Assembly: GCA_010909165.1 (NCBI GenBank)
Contig: VJWM01000192.1
Span: 1-64,000 of the forward strand
From: Anthoceros angustus
Lineage: Eukaryota > Plantae > Anthocerotophyta
Length of the DNA: 64,000 nucleotides
Direction of reading: 5' to 3'
Below the pieces are notes generated by a model, which ran no database searches, was not told the origin of the DNA, and saw nothing but the letters and a program-made list of their open reading frames with translations. This document shows, piece by piece, positions 63,051 to 64,000 of the stretch. How positions within the stretch are numbered: position 1 is the first letter of the stretch; each line of letters opens with the position of its first letter. The position numbers and the translations under genes were made by a program.

Positions 63051-64000
63051 CACTGGAAAGTCCGAAATGCCCCACGACTAACGCGAGCTCTGACCACCAG
63101 ACGAAAGTAAGGACTCAGAGGTCGCGCTGCTGGAGAGCAGGTTGAGTTAGATTGCTGCGGCACGTAACCGAGAAGCTGCTGTGATCACAGCTGCAGATTT
63201 GGGCAAGTCCCTTGCAAGGTGTCAAGAGGAGAGCTTGTTAGAGTCGGTAAGCTTGTGATTGTTCGTTTTTTTGTTTCCTTGCAGTTGTTGTTGGTTTCAC
63301 CTGGTGAGAGGAGAGGGCGGCAGTGGCAGGCAATGAGAGGTCTGTCAGACAAGAGGACTCGGATGGGAATCCTGGCAGCGGGTTTACCATATTTTATTGA
63401 CCCACCAAGTTGGATGTGTTGCTGGTGAGGTGGTGGGAGGATGTGCTGGCCAGCGGCCAGTGCTATCCACAAGTGTTCCGTCCCACGTGGGACGATGCTA
63501 CTGTAACGCAACATTCCAGGCCAGGCCGCTTTGGGCCGTGCATGTTGCCATTTGATGAGATATGTCATGGGTGGCAACTTGGTGCTGACACGCTTTTCGC
63601 TGTGACCGCAATGGGCCTGCCGCCTGGGCCATGGACCGTCCCACTTCCACACGCCTAATTTGTCCTTGACTCCCTTCTTGTGCGGAATGTATGATGCGGC
63701 TTCCAGCTTGTGGCCAATGGCCTCTGGCCACAGGCTACGTGAACCTATTCCCGAACCTTTCGAGAGGTGGGTCACCGGACTGCCCGCCAATCTCCGGCCA
63801 AGAGTCGCAATTCCTGTTTCACAAACATGAGGCGAGCCTCTCATGCTCTTGCACTGCTGCTTCACATACTGCTGAGTTCATACGAGGTGAGGTGAGGTGA
63901 AGCGTGCCTCCTCCTGCCTTGAGGCGGCGGCCGTCCAGGGGAGGGTGAATCTGTCGACAAGTCTTGCTGCTGTACCGTGCTGTGCTGTGTGGGGTTATAT

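Noticed and set aside
63185-63900. ORFs at the window end on both strands
   Set aside because: No recognisable motifs or consistent exon structure. The region may be UTR or a fragment of a gene beyond the window.

Overview
Eukaryotic genomic DNA from a plant, most consistent with a compact, GC-rich bryophyte genome such as a hornwort (inferred from ~100-bp introns, plastid-targeted genes, a U12 intron and B12/ergothioneine genes). The window has two halves. Positions 1-30 kb are a nested repeat block full of indels, many probably long-read consensus errors. It holds the 3' end of a Ty1/copia element, two tandem intronless TFIIB-like genes, and an Athila-like Ty3/gypsy element inserted upstream of the first TFIIB copy. 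The gypsy element has ~4.7-kb LTRs (TGTGG...CCACA) that contain their own accessory ORF, and it carries an internal inversion and a tandem duplication. Positions 30-64 kb are clean and gene-dense: intronless LETM1, phytol kinase (VTE5), plastid RF2 (PrfB1), an ABCD4-type half-transporter, an ABHD17-like thioesterase, a CH-domain kinesin-14 with an AT-AC intron, a fungal-type EgtD-EgtB (Egt1) ergothioneine enzyme and a KANSL3-like hydrolase. The standout is the ABCD4/CblJ-like transporter. It has an MMADHC/CblD cobalamin-chaperone domain inserted in frame, within one exon, between its membrane and ATPase domains, which suggests a fused B12 export-and-handoff module. All family assignments come from recognising motifs by eye; no searches were run.
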